Source: Deltaproteobacteria bacterium (GTDB lineage Bacteria; Myxococcota_A; Polyangia; Polyangiales; Houyiibacteriaceae). From it: a stretch of 64,000 nucleotides of DNA. Positions within the stretch are counted from its first letter, which is position 1. The number at the start of each line of letters is the position of its first letter. A model generated the notes under the pieces. That model made no database searches, was not told the DNA's origin, and saw only the letters and a program-made list of their open reading frames with translations. The translations under genes and the position numbers were made by a program. The stretch is from positions 83,615 through 147,614 of the forward strand of contig JAXMNT010000016.1 of assembly GCA_034670305.1 (NCBI GenBank), written 5' to 3'. Positions 48,985 through 59,619 of the stretch are shown here, piece after piece.

Positions 48985-50112
48985 TCAGTCGAGCGCTGCG
49001 AGGACGCCGTCGTGGAACGCGGGCCGGAACGCGCGGATCTTCTCGTTCGCGCGGCTCGGGTGCACGCGGTTGGTCAGCAACACCACCACCACGTCGCGCT
49101 CGGGGTCGCACCAGAAGCTGGTTCCAGTGAACCCGAGGTGGCCGAACGTGGAGGAACTCGCGCGCCGCCCCGCCGCTGGCGCGTCCCCGCTCTTCACATC
49201 GAACCCGAGCCGGTACGAACCGCCCGGTCGTTCGGCGAGGGCGTGCTCGAGCGTGGGCTGGGCGAGAAAGTCGGAGCGGCCCGCTTTGCTGTCGAGCAGT
49301 GCGGTTCCGAAGTGCGCCACGCCCTCCGCCGTTCCGAAGAGCCCAGCGTGTCCCGACACCCCGCCGAGGGCGGCGCAGTTCTCGTCGTGCACTTCGCCCC
49401 GAACCATCCTTCCGCGCCACGCGCAGCGTTCGGTCGGCGCCACCGTACGGGCGAGCTCTGCCCGCTCTTCGGCTTCCAGGGCGCCCGCGAACCGCACCCG
49501 CTTGTGAATGTCGAGTGGCTCGGTGACCCGTCGGCGTACCGTCCGTGCCAATGCCCGGCCGTCGTTCGCGCCATCGGCCCGCGCCACCATCTCGCCCGCG
49601 AGCATGTAGCCGAGGTCGCTGTACAACATGACTTCGTTCGACTCGGAGAGCCGACGACTCGCCTCCGACAAGATCCAGCGCCGCGCCGCGGTCGTCCCGG
49701 GTTCGTGCGCGACGTCCAGATAGAGTCCGCCCCACGCCGCCAGGCCGCTGCGATGGCTCAAGAGTTGTTCGAGGGTGACGGCCGGTGCGCCTTGGGTCCG
49801 CAGGTCCAGCAACACGTCGGTGGCCACCGCATCGAGTTGAAGGGCGCCTTCGTCGCACATGCGCAACGCAGCCACCGCCACAAACGACTTGGTGATCGAC
49901 GCCAGGTCGTAGGGCGTGTGTTCGCGGACCGCGCCAAGTGCGCGCCCCGCCTGCACGCCAAGCGCACCTGCGACGGCCGTCGTATAGACCCAACTGCCGC
50001 GATGGCGGTATGCGACGCAAGCCGCTCCGCCTGGAAAAACGTGTCCACTGACGCCCGCCCCCAAGAGTCGCGACGCTTCACGGAGCACGAGCGCGTTTCG
50101 CCCCAAGGCCAC
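48985..50112 (-). CDS. Serine hydrolase, beta-lactamase class C/AmpC-like family
   Basis: DLASITK (SxxK), LLSHRSGL, YSD, GEVHDEN, GHAGLF, GHLGFTGTS. Start uncertain. Confidence 0.9.
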   Translation of the reverse strand: MALGRNALVLREASRLLGAGVSGHVFPGGAACVAYRHRGSWVYTTAVAGALGVQAGRALGAVREHTPYDLASITKSFVAVAALRMCDEGALQLDAVATDVLLDLRTQGAPAVTLEQLLSHRSGLAAWGGLYLDVAHEPGTTAARRWILSEASRRLSESNEVMLYSDLGYMLAGEMVARADGANDGRALARTVRRRVTEPLDIHKRVRFAGALEAEERAELARTVAPTERCAWRGRMVRGEVHDENCAALGGVSGHAGLFGTAEGVAHFGTALLDSKAGRSDFLAQPTLEHALAERPGGSYRLGFDVKSGDAPAAGRRASSSTFGHLGFTGTSFWCDPERDVVVVLLTNRVHPSRANEKIRAFRPAFHDGVLAALD

Positions 50113-50285
50113 CCCATTCCTGTGTACCGGAGCGGTCCAACAACTGCTACGGAAAACACCCGAGCGGGAAACCAACCGGACGATTTGTCCCCGGCCTCCA
50201 AAGGCCAAACGGCTGGATTCCGCCTCTCCCCACCCCCTGCTCCGTGCCCCACGCGCCCATACATTCGGCGCTTTTTGTAGGTTCC

Positions 50286-51386
50286 ATGACCGACCGACCG
50301 CACCCCCACGCCGTCTCCGTACCGGCCGTCTTCAAGGCCGAACCGGAGGACTTCGTGGTGCAAGAACTCGAGGCGCCGCCGCGCCGGCCGCGGGAGGGCG
50401 AAGAAGCCGAGGCCCCGAGCGCGCCAGACCACTTGTGGCTCTGGGTGGAAAAACGCGACTTCACCACGCCGGAGGCGGCGCGACGCATCGCGCGTGCCTT
50501 GGGGCTGCCGGCCAGCGCGGCGAGCTGGGCAGGCATGAAGGATCGGCGGGCCGTGACCCAGCAGTGGATCAGCGTGCCGGGCATCGAGCACGACTGGCAG
50601 TCGGTCGAACTCGAGGGCATCCGGATCGAGCGCGCCAAGACGGCGGTTGGCAAACTTCGGCCTGGACAGCTCGCGGGCAACCGGTTCGCGATCGTCCTTC
50701 GCGAGGTCCCGGAAGATGCGGTCGCAGGGTTGAGCGCCCGCCTCGACCAACTCAGCGCCGGCATGCCCAACTACTTCGGCGACCAGCGGTTCGGACGGGA
50801 CAACCTGGACGTCGCCCGACGCTGGATCGTGGACGGAGGCAAAGCCCCGCGCGATCGGTTCCAGCGGAAGATGGTGGTCTCCGCGCTGCAGTCGGAAGGG
50901 TTCAACCAGGTCCTCGCGGAACGGGTCCGCCGCGGCACCATGGCGGTGGCGATGGTGGGTGACCGGATGAAACGCGAGGACACCGGGGGATTGTTCCTGG
51001 TGGACGATGCGGTCGAAGCCCAGGCCCGGGTGGACCGCTGGGAGATCAGCCCGACGGGACCCCTCTTCGGCAAGAAGATGCCGAAGGTCGAGGGCGCGGT
51101 GCGGACCCTGGAAGAGGCGTTCCAGACCAGCCTCGGGCTGACCCCGGAGGCGCTGCGGCGCATGGGCAAACTCGGCCGCGGCACCCGCCGCCCGCTGCGG
51201 GTTCGCCTCGACCAGGCCAGCCTCGAGACCCCCGCGCCTGGCCAAGTGCGCCTGAAGTTCGGGCTCCCGGCGGGAAGCTACGCGACCGAGGTCCTCCGAG
51301 CCTTGTTCGGAGACGGCGCCCAAGCCGCGACCGAGGGCCCCAGTCGACAAACCGAAACCCTGGCGCTAGATACCGCGTCCCAATGA
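50286..51386 (+). CDS. truD: tRNA pseudouridine(13) synthase
   Basis: K..PEDF.V.E, AGMKDRRAVTQQW, GNRF.I.LR, PNYFGDQRFG, F.LP.GSYAT. Confidence 0.95.
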   Translation: MTDRPHPHAVSVPAVFKAEPEDFVVQELEAPPRRPREGEEAEAPSAPDHLWLWVEKRDFTTPEAARRIARALGLPASAASWAGMKDRRAVTQQWISVPGIEHDWQSVELEGIRIERAKTAVGKLRPGQLAGNRFAIVLREVPEDAVAGLSARLDQLSAGMPNYFGDQRFGRDNLDVARRWIVDGGKAPRDRFQRKMVVSALQSEGFNQVLAERVRRGTMAVAMVGDRMKREDTGGLFLVDDAVEAQARVDRWEISPTGPLFGKKMPKVEGAVRTLEEAFQTSLGLTPEALRRMGKLGRGTRRPLRVRLDQASLETPAPGQVRLKFGLPAGSYATEVLRALFGDGAQAATEGPSRQTETLALDTASQ

Positions 51387-52057
51387 ACATTCAGGAACGG
51401 CTGACCGCGTTCGCAAACCTCGGCGCCGGCTGGGTGATGTGGCTCTTGGTTCTCCTCTCGGTAGTGAGCCTCGCCATCATCCTCGAGCGTGCGTACTACT
51501 TCTTCTCCTCACGCGACGACGGTCGCCGGCTACAGGACCTGCTTCGAAAGAAGTTGAACGACGGCGACGTCGGGGGCGCGCGCAAGGCGCTCGCCGAGTC
51601 TGCATCGTTCGAAGGCCGCATCGTCGCCTCCGGGCTCGAGCTGGCCGCGGACGGCGCCAAGTCGGTTGAAGAGCGGCTGGGTTCGGAGCGGGGTGTGGCC
51701 AAGGCCCGCATGGAGCGCAACCTCGCGTTCCTCGGCACGGTTGGCAACAACGCGCCCTTCATCGGCCTGCTCGGCACCGTCATCGGCGTCATCAACGCGT
51801 TCCAGGCGCTCGACGCCAGCCAGGGGCAGGTCTCGGAGACCCTGATGACCGAGATCGGCGAAGCACTCGTCGCGACCGCCATCGGCCTGCTGGTCGCTTT
51901 GCCTGCGGTCGCCACCTACAACGTCTTTCAGCGAGTCATCAAGGGCCGCCTGGTCTGGGCCGACGCGATGGGCCGGGACGTGTTGGCGCACCTCAAAGCC
52001 GACGGCGGCGCGGGCAGCTACCGCGAGTCCTCGAAGAAGAAGCAGAAGGACGACTGA
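51383..52057 (+). CDS. exbB: MotA/TolQ/ExbB proton channel family protein
   Basis: FLGTVGNNAPFIGLLGTVIG, IGEALVATAIGLLVALPA. Confidence 0.88.
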   Translation: MNIQERLTAFANLGAGWVMWLLVLLSVVSLAIILERAYYFFSSRDDGRRLQDLLRKKLNDGDVGGARKALAESASFEGRIVASGLELAADGAKSVEERLGSERGVAKARMERNLAFLGTVGNNAPFIGLLGTVIGVINAFQALDASQGQVSETLMTEIGEALVATAIGLLVALPAVATYNVFQRVIKGRLVWADAMGRDVLAHLKADGGAGSYRESSKKKQKDD

Positions 52058-52488
52058 TGGCCGGCGGGGCCATGGACGGTGACGACGACGATCTGATCAC
52101 CGACATCAACGTCACGCCGCTGGTGGACGTCGTGCTCGTGCTGCTCATCATCCTGATGGTCACGGCGACCGCGATCGTCAGCAAGACCATCCCGATGCAG
52201 CTCCCGACCAGTGGGACCACGCAGCCCACCGAGAACACACCGACTACGGTGGCGATCAGCATCGACGACCAAGGCGACCTCTTTCTGGATCGCGAACCGA
52301 TGACTGACGCCGCCTTGCTCGCGCGTCTCACGACCCTGCGCCAGGAAGATCCGGAAACGCGTGCGATCCTTGCCGCCGATGGCAGAATTCAGCACCAGCG
52401 CGTGATCAACGTCATCGACATCCTCCGCGAAGCGCAGATCACGAAGATCGCGTTCAACGCACGTCCGTCTGATCTCGAAGGCGAATGA
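52057..52488 (+). CDS. exbD: ExbD/TolR family protein
   Basis: [19 protein letters not shown]. Confidence 0.9.
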   Translation: MAGGAMDGDDDDLITDINVTPLVDVVLVLLIILMVTATAIVSKTIPMQLPTSGTTQPTENTPTTVAISIDDQGDLFLDREPMTDAALLARLTTLRQEDPETRAILAADGRIQHQRVINVIDILREAQITKIAFNARPSDLEGE

Positions 52489-53357
52489 GCTCGGTCGCGC
52501 AGCGCCGGTCGGACGACCAGTCCTGGCTCCTCCCGACGTTCGTCGCGCTCTTTCTCTCGGTGCTGGTCCACGGTGCCGGTCTGCCAGCATTCATGTCGCT
52601 GGTGGAAGCGCTCGGTTGGCTCCGTTCGTTGGAGCCACGGCAGAGCACCCTCGTGGAGATGGAAGTACTCCAGCCCGAGCCGGAGTTCGAACCGTTGCCG
52701 GAACCGGCACCAGAGCCGGAAGAAGAGGGCGAAGACGAACCCGAACCGGAACCGGAGCCCGAACCCGAGCCGGAACCCGAACCCGAGCAGGCGCCCGCCC
52801 GTCTCGACCCCGATCCGCCCCCCGATCCGGAGCCGGAACCCGAGGTGGTGGACTTCACGGGCGTCACCCTTGCGGGTGAGGGGCCCAGCGACTTCCAAGT
52901 CCCGACCAGCGATGGAACCGAGCGCGAAGGACCCCTGGGTCCGCCGCCCACCCGAGAACGGCCTGGATCGCGCGATGGAGAAGAAGGCGGAACGGGCTCC
53001 GGTGGAAACGACGAAAACCAGGGTCCGCGCTTCGTCCGGCCCGCCAACTTGAGCCGACGTCCCTCGCCCGCGTCGGGCGCCCAAGCCCAGCTTCAAGCCT
53101 GCATCCAGCAGAACTACCCCCGTCAGGCCCGCACACAGGGCGTGGAAGGACGGGTGGACGCGGCGCTTCAGATCGGGCCAAGCGGCGCGATCATGGGGGT
53201 GCGGGTCCGCTCCGAGAGCGTGCGCGGCCAGGGATTCGGCGCGGTGTGCCGACGGTGTCTGAGCAATGTGCCGGCGTGGACGCCGCCACTCGACCGGCAG
53301 GGCAACCCCGTGGCGACCACGTTCCCCGCGTTCTGCGAGTTCAACGTCAACTACTAG
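52485..53357 (+). CDS. TonB/TolA-like energy transducer
   Basis: TM anchor with S...H (SVLVH), (EP)n linker, YPRQAR..GVEGRV TonB_C motif. Confidence 0.85.
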   Translation: MSSVAQRRSDDQSWLLPTFVALFLSVLVHGAGLPAFMSLVEALGWLRSLEPRQSTLVEMEVLQPEPEFEPLPEPAPEPEEEGEDEPEPEPEPEPEPEPEPEQAPARLDPDPPPDPEPEPEVVDFTGVTLAGEGPSDFQVPTSDGTEREGPLGPPPTRERPGSRDGEEGGTGSGGNDENQGPRFVRPANLSRRPSPASGAQAQLQACIQQNYPRQARTQGVEGRVDAALQIGPSGAIMGVRVRSESVRGQGFGAVCRRCLSNVPAWTPPLDRQGNPVATTFPAFCEFNVNY

Positions 53358-53486
53358 CGTGCGGAGCCGTGACGCTGGGTCGCCCGACCTCTTGGCGTTC
53401 ACTTTCGTTGGAATTTCGCGTTCTTGGTTGAGGCGGACCACCCATCTGGGCGATACTCGCCTCGGCTCCATGAGCCGGGGAGAACC

Positions 53487-55499
53487 ATGAACTCGAGCTT
53501 CCGCGGACGCGTCTTCGCTTCGTTCCACGCCACCGTCGCCCTCAGCTTGTTGTTGGCGGCCTCGGCGGGCACCGCCCACGCACAGGACCCGGTGCCGGTA
53601 CAGCGCTTCAGCGCCAACCGTTTCGCGCCCGCGCCCGGACCCGGAAACTACCTCCAGGTCGATGGCGCGCACCTGCTCGGGCACCTCTCGCCCGGCGCCG
53701 GCCTGACGATCGACTACGCGCACGAGCCCTTGGTGCTCTACGACGCCTCCTGCACCGACGCGACCGAGACCAACTGCGATGTGGAAGGGACCCACACCGA
53801 GTTCGTCTCCTACATGCTCCAGTTCAACCTCTATGGCTCGCTCGTACTCTGGGATCGAGTGCAGATCGGCCTGAACCTTCCGCTGCTGCTCAGCAACGGC
53901 GACGACTTCAACGAGACCGTGCGCGGCATGCCCGTCTCCGTGCCGGGCGGTTCTCGGTTCGCGGTGGGAGACCCCTCCTTGAGCGCCAAGGTGCGGCTCT
54001 ACGGCGACGGCGAAGGCATCGCCGTGGCGGCGTCGGTGTACGGAACGTTTCCGGTCGCGAACGCGATGCAGGGCGAAGGCTTCCTCGGAGACGAGAGCCT
54101 CCGGGTCGGCGGCCATCTGATCGCCGAGTTCATTCAGAGCGGGTTTCACCTCGCGTTCAACGTGGGTGGTTTCTACCGGCCGGAGCGCACCTTCCTCTCG
54201 AACCGCGCCGGCTCCCAGATCACCTACCGCATGGGCGTCGGCTACGACGTGACACCGCTCGTCTTCCTCTTCGGTGAAGTCGACGGCGCGAGCGGACTGA
54301 GCTCGGACGTGGACGAACATCCGCTCGAAGGCCGCCTCGGCGCGCGCCTTCGGCAGGGCGACCTGACCTTCACCCTCGCCGGCGGCGCCGGCATCGTGTC
54401 CGGCGTCGGAACCCCGGTCTTCCGGGTGATCGGCGGGCTCGCGTACGCGCCGCAACGCGGGGACCGAGACGGCGACCACATCGACGACAGCGACGACGCC
54501 TGCCCGACCGACGCCGAAGACATGGACGGCTGGGAAGACGAAGACGGCTGTCCCGAGGCCGACAACGACAACGACGGCATCCTGGACGCGGACGACCCTT
54601 GTCCCACCGAAGCCGAGGACATGGACGGGTTCGAGGACGAGGACGGCTGCCCGGACACCGACAACGACGGCGACGGAGTCCGTGACGGCTTCGACTCGTG
54701 CCCGAACGAGGCCGAGGACATGGACGGCGACCGCGACGAAGACGGCTGCCCGGACGACGACACCGACCGCGACGGGATCGACGACGCAAACGACGCGTGT
54801 CCGAACGAACCCGAGGACATCGATGGCTTCGGCGACGAAGACGGCTGCCCGGAAGACGACTTCGATGGCGACGGCATCCCCGACGACGCGGACGAGTGCC
54901 CGGACCAACCGGAGTTGATCAACGGCATCAACGACACCGACGGATGCCCGGAAGAGGACGCCGACGGCGACGGCGTGCCGGACGACGTAGACCGCTGTCC
55001 GAACGAGCCGGAGACGCTCAACGGACGCGCGGACGACGACGGGTGTCCGGACGGCGAGACGCTGGTCGAACAGCGCGAAGGACGCATCGTCCTGCTGCAT
55101 CAGATCCAGTTCGCCAACAACCGGGCCCGCATTCGGGGCGCGCGCTCCCAGCAGATCTTGGCGGCGGTCGCGGCCATCATGTCCCGCAACCCCCAGTACC
55201 GGAAGGTCCGCATCGAAGGCCACACCGACAGTGCAGGCCGCGAGGACCGCAACGTGCGTCTCTCCCAGGAACGCGCGGAAGCGGTGCTCGCTGCCCTGGT
55301 GCGGATCGGGGTGGCGGCGGAACGCATGGAAGCGGTGGGTCACGGACCTCATCGCCCCATCGCCGACAACGGGACGCCCGAGGGCCGAGCCGCCAACCGG
55401 CGGGTCGAGTTCCACATCGAAGGCGGCCCGGCGAGTGGTCAGCAGATCACGACCGAACAAGGCGTCGCCCACCCGCCCGCCGAAGCGCCCGCGGAGTAA
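53487..55499 (+). CDS. Outer-membrane beta-barrel + thrombospondin type 3 repeats + OmpA domain (TraB-like architecture)
   Basis: Signal peptide AHA; beta-strand region; six ~33-aa D.D.DG..D..D.CP...DGCP units; IEGHTD, LSQERAEAV, RAANRRVEF. Confidence 0.9.
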   Translation: MNSSFRGRVFASFHATVALSLLLAASAGTAHAQDPVPVQRFSANRFAPAPGPGNYLQVDGAHLLGHLSPGAGLTIDYAHEPLVLYDASCTDATETNCDVEGTHTEFVSYMLQFNLYGSLVLWDRVQIGLNLPLLLSNGDDFNETVRGMPVSVPGGSRFAVGDPSLSAKVRLYGDGEGIAVAASVYGTFPVANAMQGEGFLGDESLRVGGHLIAEFIQSGFHLAFNVGGFYRPERTFLSNRAGSQITYRMGVGYDVTPLVFLFGEVDGASGLSSDVDEHPLEGRLGARLRQGDLTFTLAGGAGIVSGVGTPVFRVIGGLAYAPQRGDRDGDHIDDSDDACPTDAEDMDGWEDEDGCPEADNDNDGILDADDPCPTEAEDMDGFEDEDGCPDTDNDGDGVRDGFDSCPNEAEDMDGDRDEDGCPDDDTDRDGIDDANDACPNEPEDIDGFGDEDGCPEDDFDGDGIPDDADECPDQPELINGINDTDGCPEEDADGDGVPDDVDRCPNEPETLNGRADDDGCPDGETLVEQREGRIVLLHQIQFANNRARIRGARSQQILAAVAAIMSRNPQYRKVRIEGHTDSAGREDRNVRLSQERAEAVLAALVRIGVAAERMEAVGHGPHRPIADNGTPEGRAANRRVEFHIEGGPASGQQITTEQGVAHPPAEAPAE

Positions 55500-55517
55500 T
55501 CGGCGACGCGCGTGACC

Positions 55518-55623
55518 GACACGGCGCAGTCGAGCGAAGCGAGCAAGCCGTGTCACCGGGACGGGGTTTGGGGGCGGTGCCCCCAAGAAAGAACGGCCGC
55601 CTCGCGAAGCGAGCCAGGCCCGT
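55518..55623 (+). other. Palindromic REP-like element with GAA-triloop mini-hairpins
   Basis: GACACGGC/GCCGTGTC stem enclosing GCGAAGC; TTGGGGGC-GGT-GCCCCCAA; CTCGC-GAA-GCGAG. Confidence 0.7.
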
Positions 55624-55674
55624 AGTGGAAGTAAGAAAGTTGACCAACGCGCTGGCCCCGGGCTGTATCGGGGC

Positions 55675-56340
55675 GTGCGTTCCCAACTTCGTCGCGGCCT
55701 GTTCCTTCTTGCGTCGCTGACGTGCGCGTTGCCCTTGCTCGCTTGCTTGACGACGGGAGGCGACGAAGAACCGATCGGCGAAGCCGTTGGGAGCTACCTC
55801 TTCACCGAGACGCTGCTCGCCAACGAATGCGGGTTCGAAGCGGCACCGGTCCTGGACATGCTCCAGTTCCGCGCGGAGCTGCGCAACCGAGGTGGTCAGG
55901 CCATCTGGCGTCGCCCGAGCGCACCCGCGATCTACGGCACCGTCACGGACGGGGTCTGGGCGATCCAGACCAGCCAGAGCACGATGCTCTACGAAGGATG
56001 TGCGATGACCCAGCGGGAGATCATCACGCTGACCGAAGTCGCCGCCGAAGCGGGTGACGACGACGCGGGAACCGCCGACGACGCCGGGGTGCCGGACGAC
56101 GCCGGTCAACCCGACGATGCAGGCCTTTCGGACGCTGGCAGCAGCGACGCCGGCCTCGGGGAAGACGCGGGACCGGCCGCGCCGCAGCAGTTCACCGGCA
56201 CCCACAGCATCCGCATCACGCCCGACGTCGGCTCCAACTGCTCACCGAGCCTGGTCTCGTTCGGAGGGCCCTTCCCGGCGCTGCCGTGTGAAGTCCGCTA
56301 CGACGTCGTGGGCGAGCCGACCGACCCGCTCTTCGAGTGA
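55675..56340 (+). CDS. Hypothetical lipoprotein
   Basis: Lipobox LLAC; DAG repeats typical of myxobacterial exported proteins. Confidence 0.7.
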   Translation: MRSQLRRGLFLLASLTCALPLLACLTTGGDEEPIGEAVGSYLFTETLLANECGFEAAPVLDMLQFRAELRNRGGQAIWRRPSAPAIYGTVTDGVWAIQTSQSTMLYEGCAMTQREIITLTEVAAEAGDDDAGTADDAGVPDDAGQPDDAGLSDAGSSDAGLGEDAGPAAPQQFTGTHSIRITPDVGSNCSPSLVSFGGPFPALPCEVRYDVVGEPTDPLFE

Positions 56341-56371
56341 ACGGTGGTCCGCAGCGTCTCCGCTGCGCTGC

Positions 56372-58513
56372 TCACTCCGACGTTTCGGAAGACTCCGGCG
56401 GGTCGCCATCGGGCATCGGCGTGCCTCCGCGTGGGGTGTTCTTCCTGGCGGGCGGCGGTTCGCTCGGCTCCGGACTCGGCGCGCGCGGCGGCTTCGGGAC
56501 CACCGGCGCTTCGGGCGGGCTCGCGGTTTCTCCGGTTCCGGGGGGCGCGGGCGGCTGAGAACGCTCGGCTTCCTTCTCGGCAGCCTTCTCGGCCTTCTCA
56601 GCGGCCTTCTCGGCGGCCCGCTCCAGGCGGCGCTCGGCGAGGATCATGATCTGGGGGGAGGTCGAACCGAAGAACACGCCCCGCGTCGCCATCTGACCGC
56701 TGACCTCTGCCACCCGGAAACCACTGTTGTGAAGCAGCTTGCCGAGCTCGTGCAACGGGTAGAGCCGAAGCGTGTACACGTTCTCGTTCTGGCGACCGTC
56801 GTCCAAGATGACGGTGCGCTTCACCTCGAGCCGTGAGGTGATGTAGTTGAACTTCGACTCTTCCATGCACACGCAGCCATCGCCCTCGAACCAGATCAGG
56901 TTCGGCTGCTGGGCGATGACGTGGTCTCGGTTGACGACGTCGAGCAAGAGGCGGCCCTTCGGACGCAGTGCATGCACGAGCTGCTGGACGACCTTGCGGT
57001 TCGTCTCGTCGTCGAAGTAGCCGAACGTGGTGCCCCAGCAGAGCACCGCGTCGAAGCTTCCTTCGAACGTCATCTCGCGAATGTCGCCGTGGAGGAAGTT
57101 GATCTTCAGGCCGAGGTCCTGCGCCTCGTCGCTCGCCCGGCTCAACATCGCCAGGCTCAGATCCACACCGACGACCAGGTATCCGCGGCGCGTCAGTTCA
57201 ATCGCGTGGTGACCGAGCCCGCAGCCGACATCCAGAATGGTCGCGCCGGGTGGGAGCGCGAGACACGACTCGATGAAGTCCACCTCGTGGCGCACCACTT
57301 TGGGCGTGGGCGGCCGCACCGTGCGAAGGTAATCGTCGCTGAAGAAGGCCTCGAACCAGGGGCGACGTCGCCGCTTGGGCGCGACGGGCTCCGGCAAGGG
57401 CTCCGCCGGGGCTTCGGCTTCCGGAGGAGGAGGCGGCTTGGAGGGCTTCTGCTTGGGACCCTCGCCGACGGTCTCGATCTCTTCTGCGTCGAGATCCAGT
57501 TCTTCCGCGTCGTCGTCGTCGTCTTCGTCGATCTCGTCGAGTTCGATCTCTTCGCTCGGCGCATCGGGCGGAAACTCCGCCGCCGCGCGTTCCAGATCGG
57601 AGATGTCGAGTTCGTCGGAGCTCGGTTCGCCGGTGTCCACGAGCCCGACATCGTCGGTCGCGTGCGGCGCACTCACGCGGACGAGCCCACGGACGACCAC
57701 GGTCTGGGAGACCGGCACGATGGGCGCCATCACATCCACGAGCGTGCGTTCGGGTGCGAGCGCCTCGGGCTCCGGCGTCGCCTCGTCGATTGAGGCCGGT
57801 TCCACAGAATCCTCGGCACCGGCACCGGCCCCAGCGTCGGAACCGGCATCGGCATCGGCACCGGCATCGGCATCGGCACCGGCTTCGGCTTCGGAATCGG
57901 CACCGGCTTCGGCACCGGCATCGGCATCGGCTTCGGCACCGGCTTCGGCATCGGCGTCGGCTTCCGCTTCGGCTTCGGTGTCGGCTTCCGCTTCGGCTTC
58001 GGTGTCGGCTTCGGCGTCGGCTTCGACCTCGACTTTGGCCTCCGCTTCAGCCTCCACTTCGGCTTCGTCGGGTTCCGGATCGAGCTCCAGCTCCTCGATC
58101 TCGTCGGCGCCAAACTCGGCGGTGTCCAGCTCCACCGACGCGAGGTCCGCCGCCGTTTCCTGAAGTGCCTCGCGCGCCGCGAGGAGTTCTTCTGCCGCCT
58201 CGAGGCTCAACGCCTCGACCTGCTCGGTGGCGTCCGGGTCCGGTGCTGCCACAGGGGCGGCCGGCGGCATGGGGGGCGGCGCGACCGAGGGAGGCCGCGG
58301 CGGCGCCACCGAAGCGGCCGCCTTCTTGGGCGGTGGTGGCGTGGCCGCCGGCATCTCCACGGTGGCGCCCCCGAGCCCCTCTGGATCGAACCCATCGGAT
58401 GGGGCCGGAGCGACCGCGCTGCGCCGCGGAACTTCGTCGACGGGGACCCGGAGCGCTCGGCGCTTCCGGCGCCGCGGGCTGAGCGAGACGCTGTCGTCGT
58501 CTTCGTCGCTCAC
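56372..58513 (-). CDS. Class I SAM-dependent methyltransferase with long acidic disordered N-terminus
   Basis: [41 protein letters not shown] overlap with psd. Confidence 0.88.
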   Translation of the reverse strand: MSDEDDDSVSLSPRRRKRRALRVPVDEVPRRSAVAPAPSDGFDPEGLGGATVEMPAATPPPPKKAAASVAPPRPPSVAPPPMPPAAPVAAPDPDATEQVEALSLEAAEELLAAREALQETAADLASVELDTAEFGADEIEELELDPEPDEAEVEAEAEAKVEVEADAEADTEAEAEADTEAEAEADADAEAGAEADADAGAEAGADSEAEAGADADAGADADAGSDAGAGAGAEDSVEPASIDEATPEPEALAPERTLVDVMAPIVPVSQTVVVRGLVRVSAPHATDDVGLVDTGEPSSDELDISDLERAAAEFPPDAPSEEIELDEIDEDDDDDAEELDLDAEEIETVGEGPKQKPSKPPPPPEAEAPAEPLPEPVAPKRRRRPWFEAFFSDDYLRTVRPPTPKVVRHEVDFIESCLALPPGATILDVGCGLGHHAIELTRRGYLVVGVDLSLAMLSRASDEAQDLGLKINFLHGDIREMTFEGSFDAVLCWGTTFGYFDDETNRKVVQQLVHALRPKGRLLLDVVNRDHVIAQQPNLIWFEGDGCVCMEESKFNYITSRLEVKRTVILDDGRQNENVYTLRLYPLHELGKLLHNSGFRVAEVSGQMATRGVFFGSTSPQIMILAERRLERAAEKAAEKAEKAAEKEAERSQPPAPPGTGETASPPEAPVVPKPPRAPSPEPSEPPPARKNTPRGGTPMPDGDPPESSETSE
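57813..58070 (+). repeat. Hexamer tract (TCGGCN/CCGGCA/TCCGCT)n inside the methyltransferase CDS
   Basis: Same units as the intergenic tracts; encodes EA/DA/GA dipeptides on the minus strand. Confidence 0.85.
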
Positions 58514-59370
58514 CGGTCGCTCCCGTCTTGAACCGCGTCGCCCATGCGGACGGTGGCTCCTGGTTGCACCAAGAACGGCAGGGGACGTTCGACGAACACG
58601 ATGGCCGTGGAGCCGAGATGGAAGGTGCCGAGCTCGTCGCCTCGGTCCATCGGCGGCCCCTCGTTCCCGTAGCGGCGGGTGCCGTGCTGCCGGCCGTCGT
58701 TGGTCACGACGTCGTCGAAACAGACACTGATGCGCCCGACCCCGATCGCACCGACCATGATGGTGGTGACCAGGCCGTGCTGTTCGCTCGCCTGGGTGAT
58801 GGAGACCCGCTCGTTCACGGCAAACAACGAGGGGACGTGTTCGAGCCCGATGGAGTTCACCGGAAAGAGGGTTCCGGGCACGTGCCGCATCTCGATGACC
58901 GGCCCAGCGACGGGGGCATGGACGCGGTGGTAGTCCCGCGGGGACAGGTAGACGATGAAGTACGCGCCGCCCTGGTACGCATGGAATGCCTCCTGGGTGT
59001 CCGAACCGCCCAGCAGTTCCGCGACGTCGTAGGGGCGGCCCTTCACCTGAATCATGCCGCCCCCGTCGATGGGGCCGAGGTCCTCGAGCCGGCCGTCTGC
59101 GGGCGACACCAGGCTGGTCGGGCTCCCGTCGATCGGACGGGCCCCTGGCTTGAGCTGCCGGGTGAAGAACTCGTTGAACGTCTTGTACCCGCCGCTCGGC
59201 ACGATGGCCTCGTGAAGGTCGACGTCGTAGATGCGGGCAAAGGTCTGCACCGCTTGATCGACGAACGCACTCGGCGCGCGGACGGAGGCCACCCTCCCCA
59301 TTGCTCTACTGAGCTGCTTTCGGGGCAAGAGCCGCAGCGTGTCCGCGGTGAGACGGGCGGGGTCGAGCAT
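58510..59370 (-). CDS. psd: Phosphatidylserine decarboxylase proenzyme
   Basis: FNEFFTR.LK, SPADG, YLSPRDYHRVH.P, NER, F.LGST cleavage motif. Confidence 0.95.
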   Translation of the reverse strand: MLDPARLTADTLRLLPRKQLSRAMGRVASVRAPSAFVDQAVQTFARIYDVDLHEAIVPSGGYKTFNEFFTRQLKPGARPIDGSPTSLVSPADGRLEDLGPIDGGGMIQVKGRPYDVAELLGGSDTQEAFHAYQGGAYFIVYLSPRDYHRVHAPVAGPVIEMRHVPGTLFPVNSIGLEHVPSLFAVNERVSITQASEQHGLVTTIMVGAIGVGRISVCFDDVVTNDGRQHGTRRYGNEGPPMDRGDELGTFHLGSTAIVFVERPLPFLVQPGATVRMGDAVQDGSDR

Positions 59371-59619
59371 GGCTGGGTGTTGGTGGCTGCCGGGACTGGG
59401 GAGACCCAGCGGAAAGAGAAGCTCCACCCCTCAAAAACACGAACAATTTCCACAATCGAACCGGGCGGATGCGGACCGCGATGCTAATCGACCGACGGGG
59501 ACCCGCACAAGCAAGGTTTCGGTTTCGTTCGCTTTCTTTCTCACCCGAGTCACCGCCCAAAAACGAAACGAGCCACCCCGCGTGCAGGGTGACTCGCCGT
59601 TCCTCGAACGTTCTTTGGA

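Noticed and set aside
48985-50112. Bona fide beta-lactamase resistance gene
   Set aside because: Motifs (YSD, GEVHDEN, HLGFTG) fit the broad serine-hydrolase/esterase family; no signal peptide or mobile context.
50113-50285. tRNA/ncRNA in larger intergenic gaps (also 24680-24990, 59430-59615, 6970-7200)
   Set aside because: No cloverleaf, T-loop or recognisable riboswitch motif seen; an Infernal/Rfam scan would be needed to exclude them.
52670-52845. GAACCG/GAGCCG hexamers as another dispersed tract
   Set aside because: Explained as the normal (Glu-Pro)n linker of a TonB-like protein.
54463-55055. 99-bp DNA repeats as a non-coding array
   Set aside because: They are coding thrombospondin type 3-like repeats within the OmpA protein.
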